A stretch of DNA of 64,000 bases, taken from positions 27,776,001 through 27,840,000 of the forward strand of contig NC_043008.1 of NCBI RefSeq assembly GCF_006345805.1. The letters are read 5' to 3'. Every line of letters begins with the position of its first letter. Position 1 is the stretch's first letter. The DNA comes from Octopus sinensis. Its lineage: Eukaryota. Made by a program: the position numbers and the translations under genes. This document shows, in pieces, positions 37,960 through 51,715 of this stretch. The notes below the pieces were generated by a model. That model did not search any database and was not told the DNA's origin. It was given only the letters and a program-made list of their open reading frames with translations.

Positions 37960-39100
37960 TTAATTTGTTTTAAGAATTTATTTATATTTAAGATCTTCAA
38001 ATTGTAATTTTAATAATGTATAAGTCTTTGGTGTAATAATATTTTCCTTATGTAAATATCGTTTTTTATGTAATGATATAATTATCGTAATTTTCTATAT
38101 TATTAGATATTAAATTTAAGTATATTCGTAAGATACTACTTAGCGATAGATTTGTTATTTGATAGCAAGCATACGAGGTGTATTAAGTTAGGCTTTTGTA
38201 TATACATGTTTTAATAGTATTAATTGTAGTTTTAAATTTACAATTAAATTAGATAAACCTTGATAAACTTAGATATGTTTCGACTAAACATGGTTACAGG
38301 CCATGTCTAATTTAATAGCATAACTTAGTTATTTCTTTAAATTGATATTCGCTAGTTATTCCCATTGATAATTATATTTATAGTATTTATAGTATTTATT
38401 CGATACTATATTACTACGAATTGATTATTTCAATAAGTATTTTACGTAAGATTTCCGAAAGTTCTTTTAAGTTTGTTTATTTGTATTTTGAAATTAGCTA
38501 TTTCATCTTTAAATATCAAAACTTAATTTATTAGGTTTTTATTATATGTGCATATATATTTATTTATAGAGATTATTTTAGATCTTAATATTTATATACA
38601 TTTATATATTTTCATTGATAATTTATATATATTATTCATTTTTAAATATTTATGTAATTAGATATTTATGTAATTAGATATATGTATACCGATATTAGAT
38701 TATTGGTGGGTTTCCTACCTTATAAATTAAAATTACTATTTAACATTATATTCGATTTTGATATAATCATAATTGTTAAGTTTTATGTTTCTAGTTTGAT
38801 AATAGAGTGTATTATAAGTAAAATTATTATATTATGTAAATCTTAAAAATATTGTTTAAATATTTCTGATTATATTTTAGATATTTCAATTAACCTGAAG
38901 ATTGACTGTAACCATAACTCGAATTTTTACGAATTGTACAGCCATGAAACAATCGTAGTGTTTTACTCTTTATCTTTTATTAAAATTTTAATACTTTTGA
39001 TATATATTTAAAATAATATAAATTAATTAATTTTATGTATTGGCTTATGTTTTTCATTGTTCGATTTGCCTAATAGTGGTTTTATCTCTAATTTAATATG
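37960..39100 (+). mobile_element. AT-rich PLE 3' region ending in the family 2 HHR terminus
   Basis: 38860-39100 is homologous to 31900-32118; CTGAAGA at 38895, GAAACAATCGTA gtg. Confidence 0.65.
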
Positions 39101-39178
39101 ATATATATAAATCTATATATATATACATATATACATACACATTCCCCCACACACATATATATAGAGAGAGATAGATAT

Positions 39179-39245
<67 letters not shown>

Positions 39246-39246
<1 letters not shown>

Positions 39247-40128
39247 GTGCATCATAGAGACTGGTCATGTTTCATAAATAAATAACTTATTTACCTAAGT
39301 TTTAACATCATTACTTCGAAATAGCTATTTTGCGTGGCAATGTACCGGTCTCAGAGTTTCTGCTGTTTTGAGCATCTGGCGTGGAATCCCTTTTACGTAA
39401 GCGAATCGAAGACCTGTCATTCTTACTGGTGTTAAATGGTGCTAAAACTGCGAGTCCAGGTCTGCATTTTCATTTTGGGGGAGGAATTGAAGTCCGCAAC
39501 TACTAAATATGGTGAATAAGATGGGCACGGAAGTCATATAAATGAAGAGAGCTCTGTGACACAGGGTATTGTCGTCTTAAAAATTCGAATTCTTCGTGCT
39601 CCACAGATCCAGCCTCTTAAGCCGAATGTCTTCTCTTAAACGCTTTAAATTGCCACAGGGAAATACTCGATTGACTCTCTGACCTTGTAATCGTGTGGTG
39701 GGTGAGGCGAATTCCCGACCGACAGTACCAGATTCTGGTTGTTGACACGTGTGCAAAACTTCGTGATTGCTCATTGTCTTTCGGGGACTATCTTTGGGAT
39801 TTGAAATGCATGTGACACTCATAAAATTGCGCGGAACTGATTACCTCTCATCGTAATCTTGCTAGGGCATGTTCAATGTCTCTGAGGCAAATTTGTCAAG
39901 TTTAAAACACAATTCTACATTGAATATTTGTACATATTCATGGCAAAATTGCAAACTGCAGCATACATATGATCACAGCAATTTTATAACTTGCAAAGTG
40001 AACAGAGTGATATCCCTTGGCACACTGCCTCATGGAGATCACTGCTAGCTCTCACTGCGCACCTAACAATGTGCTGCCATCGGTTATGCGCTACAGAACT
40101 AGTCCAGGAATGCTATGATACCACGTCA
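39246..40128 (-). mobile_element. Internally deleted, decayed mariner
   Basis: Degenerate TIRs; minus-strand DDNTLCHRAL and KRLREDIRLKRLDLW remnants. Confidence 0.6.
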
Positions 40129-40165
40129 TACATATATATATAAATACATACACACACACATACAT

Positions 40166-40211
<46 letters not shown>

Positions 40212-40672
40212 AATATAATATAATTCAAAACTTAGGGGGAAACATTCGATTTATCAATTTTAAATCAAATTTCACAATATATACTATTTGTATAAAATTT
40301 AGAGAAAAAACTCTATTAAACAATTCGATTTTGTCTTCTTAACAGCTTAAATACATTTTTCTATCTATCTATCAATTTTTTCAATAATTTTTACTTACGT
40401 CATGTTTATACGCGATAAATTTCTTATAAGCGATTAAGTGCAACATATTACGTTTAAAATTTTATTTAGAATTTCTTCGAGGAGATAAGGTAAGTTTTTA
40501 TTTTAAGTAATACTGTTAAATTTTATTCTATTATTTAATGTTAAAACACGTATTTTTTCTATATTAGTTAATTTATAAGTTAAGATAGTACATTTATTAT
40601 ATTATTTATATTGTTTTATCATAATAATAATAATAATAATAATAATGATAATAATAATAATAATATAGTAAT

Positions 40673-41012
40673 CAACGTGTCTCTAAAAGAAATGGAGAAA
40701 CTCTCAAAATACAAAGACTTGGAAATAGAGATAACTAGAATGTGGAACCTGAAAACAGAAACAATTCCTATCATAGTAGGTGCATTAGGCATGATAAAAA
40801 AATATTCAGACAAATACATAACAAAAACACCAGGACTTACAAACACATATAACATACAGAAAATTGCACTACTAGGCACTGCACATCCCTACGCAGAACC
40901 CTTTCCATACAATAACCATCAGAGCATCACAACAAATCACAGCACATACCCAAGGCACACAGAGCTGCGCTCGGTAGTGAAGTGAAAGCACGCTATAAAA
41001 ATAAAACTACTG
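40673..41012 (+). mobile_element. R4/Dong family B 3' end
   Basis: KEMEKLSKYKDLEIEITRMWNLKTETIPIIVGALG plus 3'UTR between (AAT)n tracts. Confidence 0.92.
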
Positions 41013-41189
41013 AGTAATAATAATAATATTAATAATAATAATGATAATAATTATTATTATTATTAATATTATAATTATTATTTTATTAATATTATTATTT
41101 TTATTATTATTATTATATTATTATTATTATTATTATTACTATTATTATTATTATTTTTATTTTTATTATTGTTATTATTATTATTATTA

Positions 41190-41232
<43 letters not shown>

Positions 41233-41522
41233 GTTATTATTATTGTAGACCTCAGGCATGACTATATTTTTCAATAGAATTAATTTTAGATGGATTTAGT
41301 TTTAATCTAATTGTTATTATTATCATTATCTTTTTGTAAATATAGCCACGTAACGCGTGTAGTCTATTTACTAATTATTGTTCATGTACTCTATTGAGTT
41401 TTAGAATAATGTTTTCTATAGTATATTTTTCCTTTTTCTATAAGGTGTGAATAGCGTCTTTCCCTATTGAATTGTTTAATACAAGATTTTCTCTATATCA
41501 AATACATTTATCTATATCAGTA

Positions 41523-41576
<54 letters not shown>

Positions 41577-41591
41577 ATATATATTATATAT

Positions 41592-41661
<70 letters not shown>

Positions 41662-41664
<3 letters not shown>

Positions 41665-41846
41665 GGTCCCGGGTTGATTCGGGGTTAACCACAGTAAATA
41701 AGGTACTCAATACATAGTAGAGTAAAATTAATTTATTATATAGAAGGAGCTTCTACAGGACTAGAACTGTTTCATTCAAGAGAAATCTTCCTGAAGATTT
41801 TTCTTGAATGAAACAGTTCTAGTCCTGTAGAAGCTCCTTCTATATA

Positions 41847-41852
<6 letters not shown>
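41662..41852. mobile_element. Short inverted PLE-like termini (~60-bp arms) with an HHR core (family 5)
   Basis: Arms 41731-41790 and 41793-41852; CTGAAGA at 41791, GAAAC at 41810. Confidence 0.6.
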
Positions 41853-41914
<62 letters not shown>

Positions 41915-41918
<4 letters not shown>

Positions 41919-42730
41919 ACTACCTTGGATATCCTTGTTGCTTATTTTGAGTATATATATATATATATACGCAAAATAATCAACAAGGATATCCAAAGGT
42001 AGTGCAGTATAATCGTTTCATGATACTTCATTTAATTAAACAATGTAACTATTACATCAGTTTTTCTATACTCTCAATCCCTATATAAGATACTAAAATT
42101 TACTAGAATCCTTTGGAAGAAAAACTATCTAGAGGATATTTATCTCAAATCACAAGTAGGATTATGGCTGTTAAGGGTATAATTAAGGGTATTGGAAGTT
42201 TCTATTCTCCTTACCCCATTAGCTTCATCCTGCTAACTTTAGTTAAAATACATTAAGCTGGTACCAGAGTTGGATTCTTTAAAAAAGAGTTTGATTTATG
42301 GCTACTTAAACTGCCTCTTCCTCTATCTATAAATAGATAAATTCGTTGTCTCCACTGATCTCAATAAAATTAAAAAAACCTCTCCAATAATAAATCTAAA
42401 TAACAAACTAAATTCAGTGATAAGAAATCTACCCATGAGTAAAGAACATTTACTAACATGTTTCTATTGATGAGATTCACCTTTTTGTCTATATACCTAC
42501 CTTCTGTGTAACGTTGGAAAATGGAATAAGTATAAAACTGAATATTGTCAATGCAATTTTAAGAATTCCATATGTGGCTGATGTAATAGTTACGTTGTTT
42601 AATAAAATGAAGTATCATGAAACGATCGTACCACACTACCTTTGGATATCCTTGTTGCTTATTTTGATTATAATCACCCCATTTGGTTTATATGGATAAT
42701 ACCATATCAAATTATGGTGCCTCTAAATTA
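41915..42730 (+). mobile_element. PLE fragment with an inverted 5' partial terminus and a 3' HHR terminus (family 6)
   Basis: 41972-42062 is the reverse complement of ~42578-42667; a short direct copy sits at 41916-41951. Confidence 0.65.
42573..42635 (+). ncRNA. Hammerhead motif with a variant core
   Basis: tgtgg CTGATGTA..at GAA ACGATCGT A ccaca; perfect 5-bp stem I. Confidence 0.6.
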
Positions 42731-43899
42731 AGTACCATATTCATTTATGATATTTACTGAACAATCGCTGTTTCTTTGCTTACTTAACTCTAACTTAACA
42801 GGTCAACTAAAGAATAGATCTATGGTATAATTACGTGGTTTTAGACGATCATAACTCGGATCGTTTTGTTCTAAAACTTCTGAAAACGACGCCATTCACT
42901 GAAATAAAAAGCAACAAAGAGTATAAAGATAAAACATATAGACATAGAAATACTCAAATACATAATATATGCGCAGAGGCTGAAATTCATGGAAATATGT
43001 GTGTATACCTGTTTGTGCATTTGTGTATGTTTCTACGTGTGTGACTGAGTGTGTGTATTTTACTTCACAATATCTTCATATCAACGCTCCCGTAAAATAA
43101 AACATTAAATAAATCAGTTATAAACCATAAGTCGTTACCTGCATTGGAGTATTACTGTTATAGTGACACCAGCAATAGTTTCATGGGTAATAATGAAAAC
43201 GTTATTTTCATTACAGTTTTAGGGAAGAGTCTTGTTTCATTTATGATTATTGTATATTCAAATATTGATTTGATTACAGAATTTTGTGGAGCTATAGCGT
43301 ATAAAGGCACTATTCAAGTATGTTTTAAAACACAAATAAAGTGCCCTGTTGGCATAAATCTTATTAACGACTGTGTTTACATCAATCAGATAGATTTAAC
43401 TATGAAAATAGGAGAAAATCTTAGGAAGCAAATTACATGAAACGTGCATTCCTTTAAAAATCAGGTTATACATTTAGTAGTTTCAATACTAAGTATGCTC
43501 AGCTATTTTCACAAACTTCTCATTAGATAGTCCATTGTAGTTGATATATTTCTAATTTACTTTCAAATTCATTTTAAGTACTGTAATGTTGAGCAAAAGC
43601 TTTTCAAAATTATATGCGTTCAAATTATAACTTACCAGCAAAGTTTAAATTATGAACTAACAATGTTTTTTTTCCATGACTCTCAACCACTATAAAATCT
43701 TTATTTGCATATGCACAGATAAGTTAGTACATCATTTCATCTTTGAGAGTACACGTGTATTCAGCGAAAAATATAAGCGCAAAATCAAAAGATTTACTCC
43801 GAAACGGATTCACGCGCAGTTCAGAAAACAGTATAAGAATGCCATTTCTTCTTAATTGATAAAAAATATTAAAATACGTATCGGTCCAATAATAATGTC

Positions 43900-44133
43900 T
43901 ACATTCTTTATTTACATTCGACGGATATTTGTCTTAATCTTCTTCGTTGTTAACATAATGTTACCGTTCGTATACCCTCCAGCCTTCATCAGGTATCTTG
44001 GAGAAATTTCGATCCTTGGTTCTCATTCGTAAGGTAATTTTTCGATGTTATTGTTGTTAGTGTTCAAGTCACTGCTTGGAATCGAACCCGCAATCTTGGG
44101 GTTAGTAGCCCGCGCTCTTAACCACTACGCCAT
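43900..44133 (-). mobile_element. Solo tRNA-head + HHR module (SINE-like)
   Basis: Minus strand atggcgtagtggttaagagcgcgggctactaacccc..ggttcgattcc..acctgatgaaggctggagggtata; no adjacent ORF. Confidence 0.85.
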
Positions 44134-45259
44134 TAACAATAGTCTCCGTGGAAATCATAATTTATTTATGATAATTTTGCAAGAGTATAATTTTCGAACA
44201 TATTATTACCCACGAGGCTAAGTAATCAAAAGTGAAATAAACCGCTCTTGCATAAATAGGAATGCAAGTGAACTGATGAAAGACAAAGATAGACTTGAAA
44301 TACTTAAAGTAATTTGAAAATGAAAAACAAAGACAATCAAATTTATATAACAAAGGTAGTCATTAGTTATCAATTTGCCTGTGATTTCAACTGTTTCTAT
44401 AATAAGATATATTCTATAATGTAGTTAAAGTGTCCTAAATTAACAACCCAGTCTGCAGTTATATGGTAACGCAGGTGCTAAAAAGAGGATTTAATAAAAA
44501 TGAGATTCTAAGTAAAACATTAAGATTTTTTTTCAATAAGAATATTGAAGTAGTCAAAATAAGAAAGATATACACAATTTTCAGGCATTTCTTCGGTTTA
44601 GAGGTTCAACTGATTGTTTTTACTGCAACACCATATCTTCTATATTAGTTTGATGAATGTTGTGAGCAAGAAATAGATATATCTCACCCGAAACGGAGTC
44701 ATGTGCCGTTCAGAAAACATATTAGTGTAAGAATGCCACTTTTTTCTAAAATAACCAAAATAATACGCAACAGTTCAATGATAATATGTCATGACAATAA
44801 CAAAAGCTTCCGTTGAAATCGTAATTAATGATCATTTTGCAGATATGTAACGCACAAGCATATTACCATCATACTATGAAATCAAATTGAAATAAAATGT
44901 TATCTTTTACATTAGTTAATGAATGTCATATGCAACTAATATTACAAAAGATCTACTATCTCTTATATCAATTACCAACAAAACGTATGTTTATATTCGT
45001 GCACAGATTAGGCATAAATAAATGAGGTAAGATTCTGTGTATAATAGTTATAATGACTTTGAAGAATTGGTCAAGAACCAAACTCGTCCCAATATATTGG
45101 TCGCTAGGCCTTTACTATGTATTTCTACTTTCCTTAATAATTCTCCCTTTATTTCGGATTCTTCTAACGCTAATTCTTTATTAAACCCTAACGCCTCTGC
45201 TCAAATAACCCGTTACAAGGCTATGTACTGCCAGCAGTTGAGGATTGAAACCGACAACA

Positions 45260-46040
45260 ACCGTTGAATTAACTGGTTAACCAAGTCTTTAAAAGCTTAA
45301 CACACCTGGAAAGACGCGTTTAGCTTGTAGTATTTGGGACAATGCTTACGGATTCTATCTTGGTCGACCATACAGATCACAAATTTGTGGTATATGTACA
45401 CGAAGAAATTGAAATGTTTACAACTTATGCTACTTATATCTAATAACCTACAACGTATTCTGTCTAATAATATCTGGAAGATTTGATGCTTGTCATATTG
45501 GCGCAATCGGGAAAACCGTCATTACCTATCGACTAGTTGGAAATTGTTCAGCAGGTTTGTGAGGCTTTAACGCTCCTCTCAATCAGCTACCCGCTCTATC
45601 AATATGTGCATTAAAGACGGCGTTGTAATCGTCTAGTAGCACTAAAGAGCGAGGCATCCCAAGGAGAACCTCCAAAAGTCTGAAGAAATTCAGCTGCTGG
45701 AGCGAAGATAGCGATTAGTTTAAAAGCACTGCTTTTCGTATTGCTCATATACAGGACCCTCAAATTACTAAGAGCGTCCAGGAACATCGTCCAGACCTCG
45801 AGATCCAGGCGCTTCCTAACCAGCAATGCCTCCCCACCGCATTGCAGCCAAGTAGAAGATGCATAGATATCAAAGTCGTTCAAAGTGTAAGCTAGTGTGC
45901 AGGCGACAGAGTACGTGCTCTCATTGCTGGCTATCAAATCCATAGTTTGTGACCTGAGGTTACTGAACAAGCAACCTTGCTTCCATGAAGACCCCTTTAA
46001 ATATCTGTTCGTGGAATTTATATTCAGGGTTCCCACGTCG
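45260..46040 (-). pseudogene. L1/Tx1-like LINE ORF2 AP-endonuclease remnant
   Basis: GTLN, GG.ALLV, LIAIFAP, LLDDYNAV, LDRI, YHKFV, YYKLNAS motifs across frames. Confidence 0.72.
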
Positions 46041-46099
46041 TAGGAGAAAGCATCCCTAAAGCTAATCTATGTGTTAAGTGGCATTCGCATTATCATTAA

Positions 46100-49000
46100 G
46101 TAATGTGTCTCATTAAAAGTGTTGGTGTCATTAATTGCACCCCCACTCTCTACATCTTTGTTTCGTGCCATACATCTCATCAATTCATGGTTAGCTCTTC
46201 TCGCATTCACGAAGTTTGGTCCCAATATAGTTAAATGCAGCTTTGTGAGTTTTCTATTGAGAGCGAATTGGAGTTGTGATAGCGTTGGTGGTGGTAGTGG
46301 TGGTAGTGGGGATTGTGTTGACTGTGGTGCTGGGTTGGTGTTGATTTGATGTGTCTTTGTTTTATGTGATATGTTTCCTATGTTATCTCATGCGTGTGTT
46401 GGTTTGAGATCATGTGTTTATTCTGTGTGTTTCTGTATGTGTGTGTGTTTTAGATAGAGGGCAAGTGACAGCTGGTTTCAGAGGTACATTAGATGATCTT
46501 TTCATTGTTTTTCTTGTTTCTTTTAGAGGTGATGGTGACGCATGAGTTGCTGGGCTGTTGTCTCGGCTTGTTTGGTTGCATCTGGTGATCATGTTGATTC
46601 AGAAGCTAATTGTTGGTATTGCTATTGTGGCTCTAGGTGACGGTAATTCTTGTGTTCTGACTGTTTCTATTGTTATTGAAGATGATAAATGTGCTGTTGT
46701 TGGGTGTACCTTATAAGATATTGTGGTGGAATCGTGTCCCCTATCTTTGGGGGCAGAAGGCCCCAATGGGGCGTGTGTCCCTACACATTTCCCATTGAGG
46801 CTCTCTACCTTGTACAAATTATAGTTCGAGCCGGTAGGGTAGCTGTGATGGGGATACTTTTCCATGTTTGTCCCAGACCAGTTCTCCCGGCTGCTTTGTT
46901 TGCACCAGATGATCATTCTAGGAGAACACCTGATATTGAAACTTATTCTTGAGAATTATGTCAGATGCAGGACACACTCCTCACTAAAACGGCATGTAAC
47001 CAAATATTTACCTGCATGGTCATCACTTTTCAAGAGAACCTTGATGATGGAAAACTGTCTTCCTCTTTGCATGTGACCCACATCTTCCATAATATCCTTC
47101 AGGACTTTCTTCACTTGACTAGTCCGGCTCACCTGTTTTTTTGTGGTACACATCTGTTATAAACGCTTCTCTTTTCAGTATTTCAAGTGGCACAAGTGCC
47201 ACTGCCCTGCCTTATCTCCCTCACATGTAATTTTTTTTCCGGTTTGAGCCAGTTCTATTTTTGCTCTATCTACGGCTAGTGGAATCATATATATTTTTTT
47301 TTTGGGGGGGGGGGTCTAGCCACGTCGGAAAAACGTTTTTTCATTTGTTGCTATTTCTGTCGTTGGTGTCGTATTTTTGCCACTCGTTTTATTATTGTTC
47401 TTGTTGTTCTTGATAATGTGACTTTTTTCTTTGGTGTTCTCTGCGTTGCTTTTGTTGTTCATCGTGTCACTTTTTCTTTGATTGCTGTTTATTATTATTG
47501 TAGTGGCTGCGATGATGGTCGTGTTGAGGATGTTGTCACTGCTGATTTTACCAGCGATATTCCATGCTTCTCGTGCTTTTTCAGGTTATTTTTGTTATTT
47601 TTATTATTATTATTTTAGGAGCGTGAGTGACGGAAGAAGAGTTAAGTCAATGGGAGGGCTGATGGGAGAAAGTTCTCCCCGTCGATGTATCCACGATGGC
47701 AGTTCCTGACGCCACACGTATATCAGTTTTTTTTTTTAATTAGACGGGCGTTTTATGAAGGCAATATATTGCCACTTACGTGTCAAAAACAACCACGGAG
47801 CACCAACCAAGAGATTCTTGGTGTACTTAGGAAATTTGAAACAGCATTTAACACATAAAATGGTTAAGCTTATAACAAAAGCTCGCGTAGCGTGTTCGAC
47901 GGTACGTGAGACGCAGTTTTAATTTTTGTTCATTCGCCCTATAGGTGGGAAAACAAATGAAAATAGAAACGTTAGCAATTGGAGGATCCCGAATGTTGCT
48001 GACTCGCTATCGATGGAGTTTTGAGTTACCTTTGGCAAATCCTTTAAAAACCTACTGATGGTTCTCACACTCTAATTTTCAAAATAGTTAGGAAAATTTT
48101 GCTTAATTTTTTATATATATCCATGTCCGGTGTTACTGTTTGCAAGTTAGGTGGCATTTTGAAAGTGCTGGCCATGAGGATTTCTCTTTCAGTTTCCATG
48201 TTCTCTTTCTCTGCAAGGATGGCCGACAGTTTATTGTTTGTATTTCTTATTTGAAAAAGCTTGGGTATTCGTGTTTTGTCGGTGCCTGTCTTTTGGTATT
48301 GCTCCTGCGTGTATTTTCTTTTTGTTGAAGTGGTGGTTTTTGTTGCTTTTGATTGTAGTAGAGTTGTTACTTTGCACATCTCTGTGATTTTGTCGTAAAA
48401 TTTCGTTGATATTGTTGTGATCATGCGGCACCAAATTACTCTATATTTCTTTTGTCCTTATCTGTAGTTCTGAAGTGGGGGTGAAGAGAGATGTAACTTT
48501 ATGTGTCCAAATGAGTGTGTTTGATGGAGGGTTCAGAAGGAAGATTAGAAGACAGTGTGTTGGGTTTTAAATTGTCCCTGTTGCTGTCTCCTGATATCAT
48601 TGCATGCATTGTTATTGCTTCATGTATTGCAGCTGCTACTCTTGTTGGCGTTGGTGCTGCTGCTGTTTTATTTTGCACTTATTGATGCTACTGCAGTATG
48701 CTATTGTTGCATGCTGCTTTGTTTGAGACTGAAGTGTCGGCAGTACAGGGGAGGAGCTCTTCTCACCTGATTTTTGCTCAGGGCAGAATGTTTGATGCAT
48801 TTTGCCATTAAAAGCTAATCAAAAAGCCAATCCATTGGTCAGGTAGATTACGTCTGGAATATTTTCCGCTTCCTCCGGTTTGTTCTGGAAGAGAATGTTT
48901 AGTGTGGTCCGTAACCAATTCTCCGTTTCTGCTACATTTTCCTCTAGTTTCCCTCGCGACACACACAAGAGCAACAACCAGGTACCCAATCTAGGCCGAA

Positions 49001-49720
49001 TGTCCTTCTCTTTGAATAGGTGGTGTAGAGACAGAAGTCCTTTTCATGTATGGGAGCTATGGAGTACTTCAATATAAGGATTCACCTCCAATTGGACATT
49101 TATTTTATGAAAATGTGTAGCCGTCGACACATGAGCTATGTGCGCCCATCTTTCAGAGTTCTTTCCACCTGGACACGTGTTTTCGATTACAAGCGTCGGG
49201 TTTTAACTGAAGCACAGACGCATGCCACCCACATTTAGAAAGTTGCTGTCAAGATCTCAGCTGGGACAGGAAATTTTGCTCTGCTATCTTCCACTTTGCA
49301 AGGTCGTCTGATTCTCTCACCTTTTCTATTTATCACTTAGTGACAGCGGGAAAAATTGTGTTGATTTTGATGCCATCACAACAGAAGGTTTATTGATAGT
49401 TTTTCTTCTATTATTGTTTTCTTTATGATCTACATTATTTATGCTGATCCCCTTGTTTGTATTGATTCTTCGCCCGCTGATATTGCCAATCTCATTGTCG
49501 TCGTCGTCCTCGTTATGGTCTTCATTGTCACTGTTGCTTTTAATGCATCTGTTGTTGTTTCCATCGATGCTGCAGCTGTTTCTGCTGCTGTCGCTACTTC
49601 GGTTGTTGTTGTTTCCTATGGTGTTGCTACTACTGCTACCTTTACTGTTGTCGCTGCGATAGTCACATTCTGTAAAGCTTGAACCGTGACTATTCAACGA
49701 TGATATTTTCTTCTCCCCAT
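46100..49720 (-). mobile_element. Decayed ORF1/5' region(s) of the L1/Tx1-like LINE
   Basis: Broken ORFs and T/K/N-rich low-complexity sequence upstream of the APE domain. Confidence 0.4.
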
Positions 49721-50089
49721 CAACGTGTAGTACTTCATCTTCAAAAATATTACTTCTGACAGTTGTGTTTCGTTATTGCATTTTTGTGATTGTTACTGAT
49801 TTTTGATGTTTGCCATAAGGAGAGTGGACGTTGGAACTGAAAATTGTTATTCTCTTCCACATGAAGAGTGAAGGCGAGGATTTCTGAAATGTGCTGCAAC
49901 ACACGTATAAACTTCTCTTTAGTTGCACCCTAAATTCAGCTACCTAAGATATTTATCACCATTATTTGGTAAAGACTTTCAAACCAAACTTTCAAAATAC
50001 TCTTTACAAATTTGTGTTCTAACATGAGTGCAAACAAATGAACAAAGCAGTACTGCCTGGTAGTCGTGAAGATGTCAAATACCATATTC

Positions 50090-50141
<52 letters not shown>

Positions 50142-50217
50142 ACATCATCATCATCACCAGCAGCAGTATCGTCATCATCATCATCATTATCTTGTTGTTG
50201 TTGTTGTTGATCTTCTT

Positions 50218-50265
<48 letters not shown>

Positions 50266-50287
50266 GTTATTATTATTATTATTATTA

Positions 50288-50600
50288 TGTTTGTCTCTTC
50301 CTTTGTATTTGTCCAAGTTGACACCAAGTCTTACCCAGAAACCTCAAGAGACAAGTTCATGTTGCTGTCGAATATTTTATTTTGCACATAGCATTGTTCT
50401 AGAGAATATTTTTTGGGAAAAAACATAAGAAAATTGTGAGTGTTTTAAAATTTCAGATTACATAGACATTATTATTTACGTAGGATTTGGGCAATTCCCA
50501 TGAGCAATATGTTTTGAATTTCTGCTATTTTGGAGTTTCCTGGTACCTGAGCTAGGTAGGGATCAGCCCATTTTTGGTGTCATGGTACATGAGCGAGGTA
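50288..50600 (-). mobile_element. R4/Dong 3' end (distinct family)
   Basis: Minus strand YLAQVPGNSKIAEIQNILLMGIAQILRK plus 3'UTR and (AAT)n. Confidence 0.72.
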
Positions 50601-50632
50601 CGAATAATAATGATAATAATAATAATAATAAT

Positions 50633-51192
50633 AAATGCTCTGATGCCGTAACAGGCAGGGGCTTTCGTGGCTTCTGATCTTAACTGATTGGAAGTGTTAT
50701 CATGTACATTGTTTTGTCTTGGTATAAAAGTTGGGGTACAGCAAATATTCTGCTCAATACCACAGATTTGCTTGTCAGTTGTTTGATCTTAACTAGTTGA
50801 GCATGTCCCTTAGTGGTTGATGTGCATCTCTGATCACGTGCAGAGGTAGTGGGGATACATAGCCATGTGTTGAGAGGGATCCTTTAGGGTTTGAATAATT
50901 CACCTCTGGAAACACAGAGGTTTCATTCAACATCCTTAAACAACACTTTTTCAAGGAACTTTTGAACGGGATAGGTTTCTGGACCAGAAGAAATTTCTCA
51001 CTACCCCACACACACACACACCTGCAAGGTCATGCGCTGTTTATCTTGATATGAGATCACATTGTCGCGCATATATGGTCGTTATGCATGTGCCTAGTGT
51101 ACCCTTATCAGACGGGTAGTCATGATGGGTATACTGGGCTTCGTGTATTTTACCCCAGTGTCACTTTGATGACATGCACTGCACTCTCGCTC
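50633..51192 (+). mobile_element. ~560-bp non-coding element, copy 5 (full length)
   Basis: Same 5' (aaatgcyctgatgc) and 3' (ctctcrctc) ends; (AAT)n flanks. Confidence 0.85.
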
Positions 51193-51231
51193 AATAATAA
51201 TAATAATAGTAATAATAATAATAACAATAAC

Positions 51232-51269
<38 letters not shown>

Positions 51270-51287
51270 TAATAATAATGATAAGGG

Positions 51288-51352
<65 letters not shown>

Positions 51353-51353
<1 letters not shown>

Positions 51354-51609
51354 TTTTTTTCTTCTTTCAAATTTGCTTCCATTTCTTGCTGAGTGTCTTC
51401 CCGACTCCTAGGGCAAAGAAACTCATAGTATACATTGGTAGGCCATTAAACCAAACTCAGTAGTTCGTTCATTTTTTTTAAAGTTAAATTAAAATACATG
51501 AGCAGCAACAGTTCTCACATCGACAATGCTCTTCTCAATACGTGTGATGTACCAGTTAATTATACGTGTGATGTACCAGTTAATTAATACGTGTGATGTA
51601 CCAGTTAAT
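51353..51609 (-). mobile_element. Very short R4/Dong 3' end (distinct family)
   Basis: Minus strand LTGTSHVLRRALSM* plus 3'UTR; 5' 22-mer present three times. Confidence 0.7.
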
Positions 51610-51629
51610 TGTTATTATTATTATTATTA

Positions 51630-51703
<74 letters not shown>

Positions 51704-51715
51704 TTTATTATCATT

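Noticed and set aside
49326-49697. 123-aa N/S/D-rich ORF
   Set aside because: Low-complexity degenerate trinucleotide sequence in a LINE relic with no domain signal
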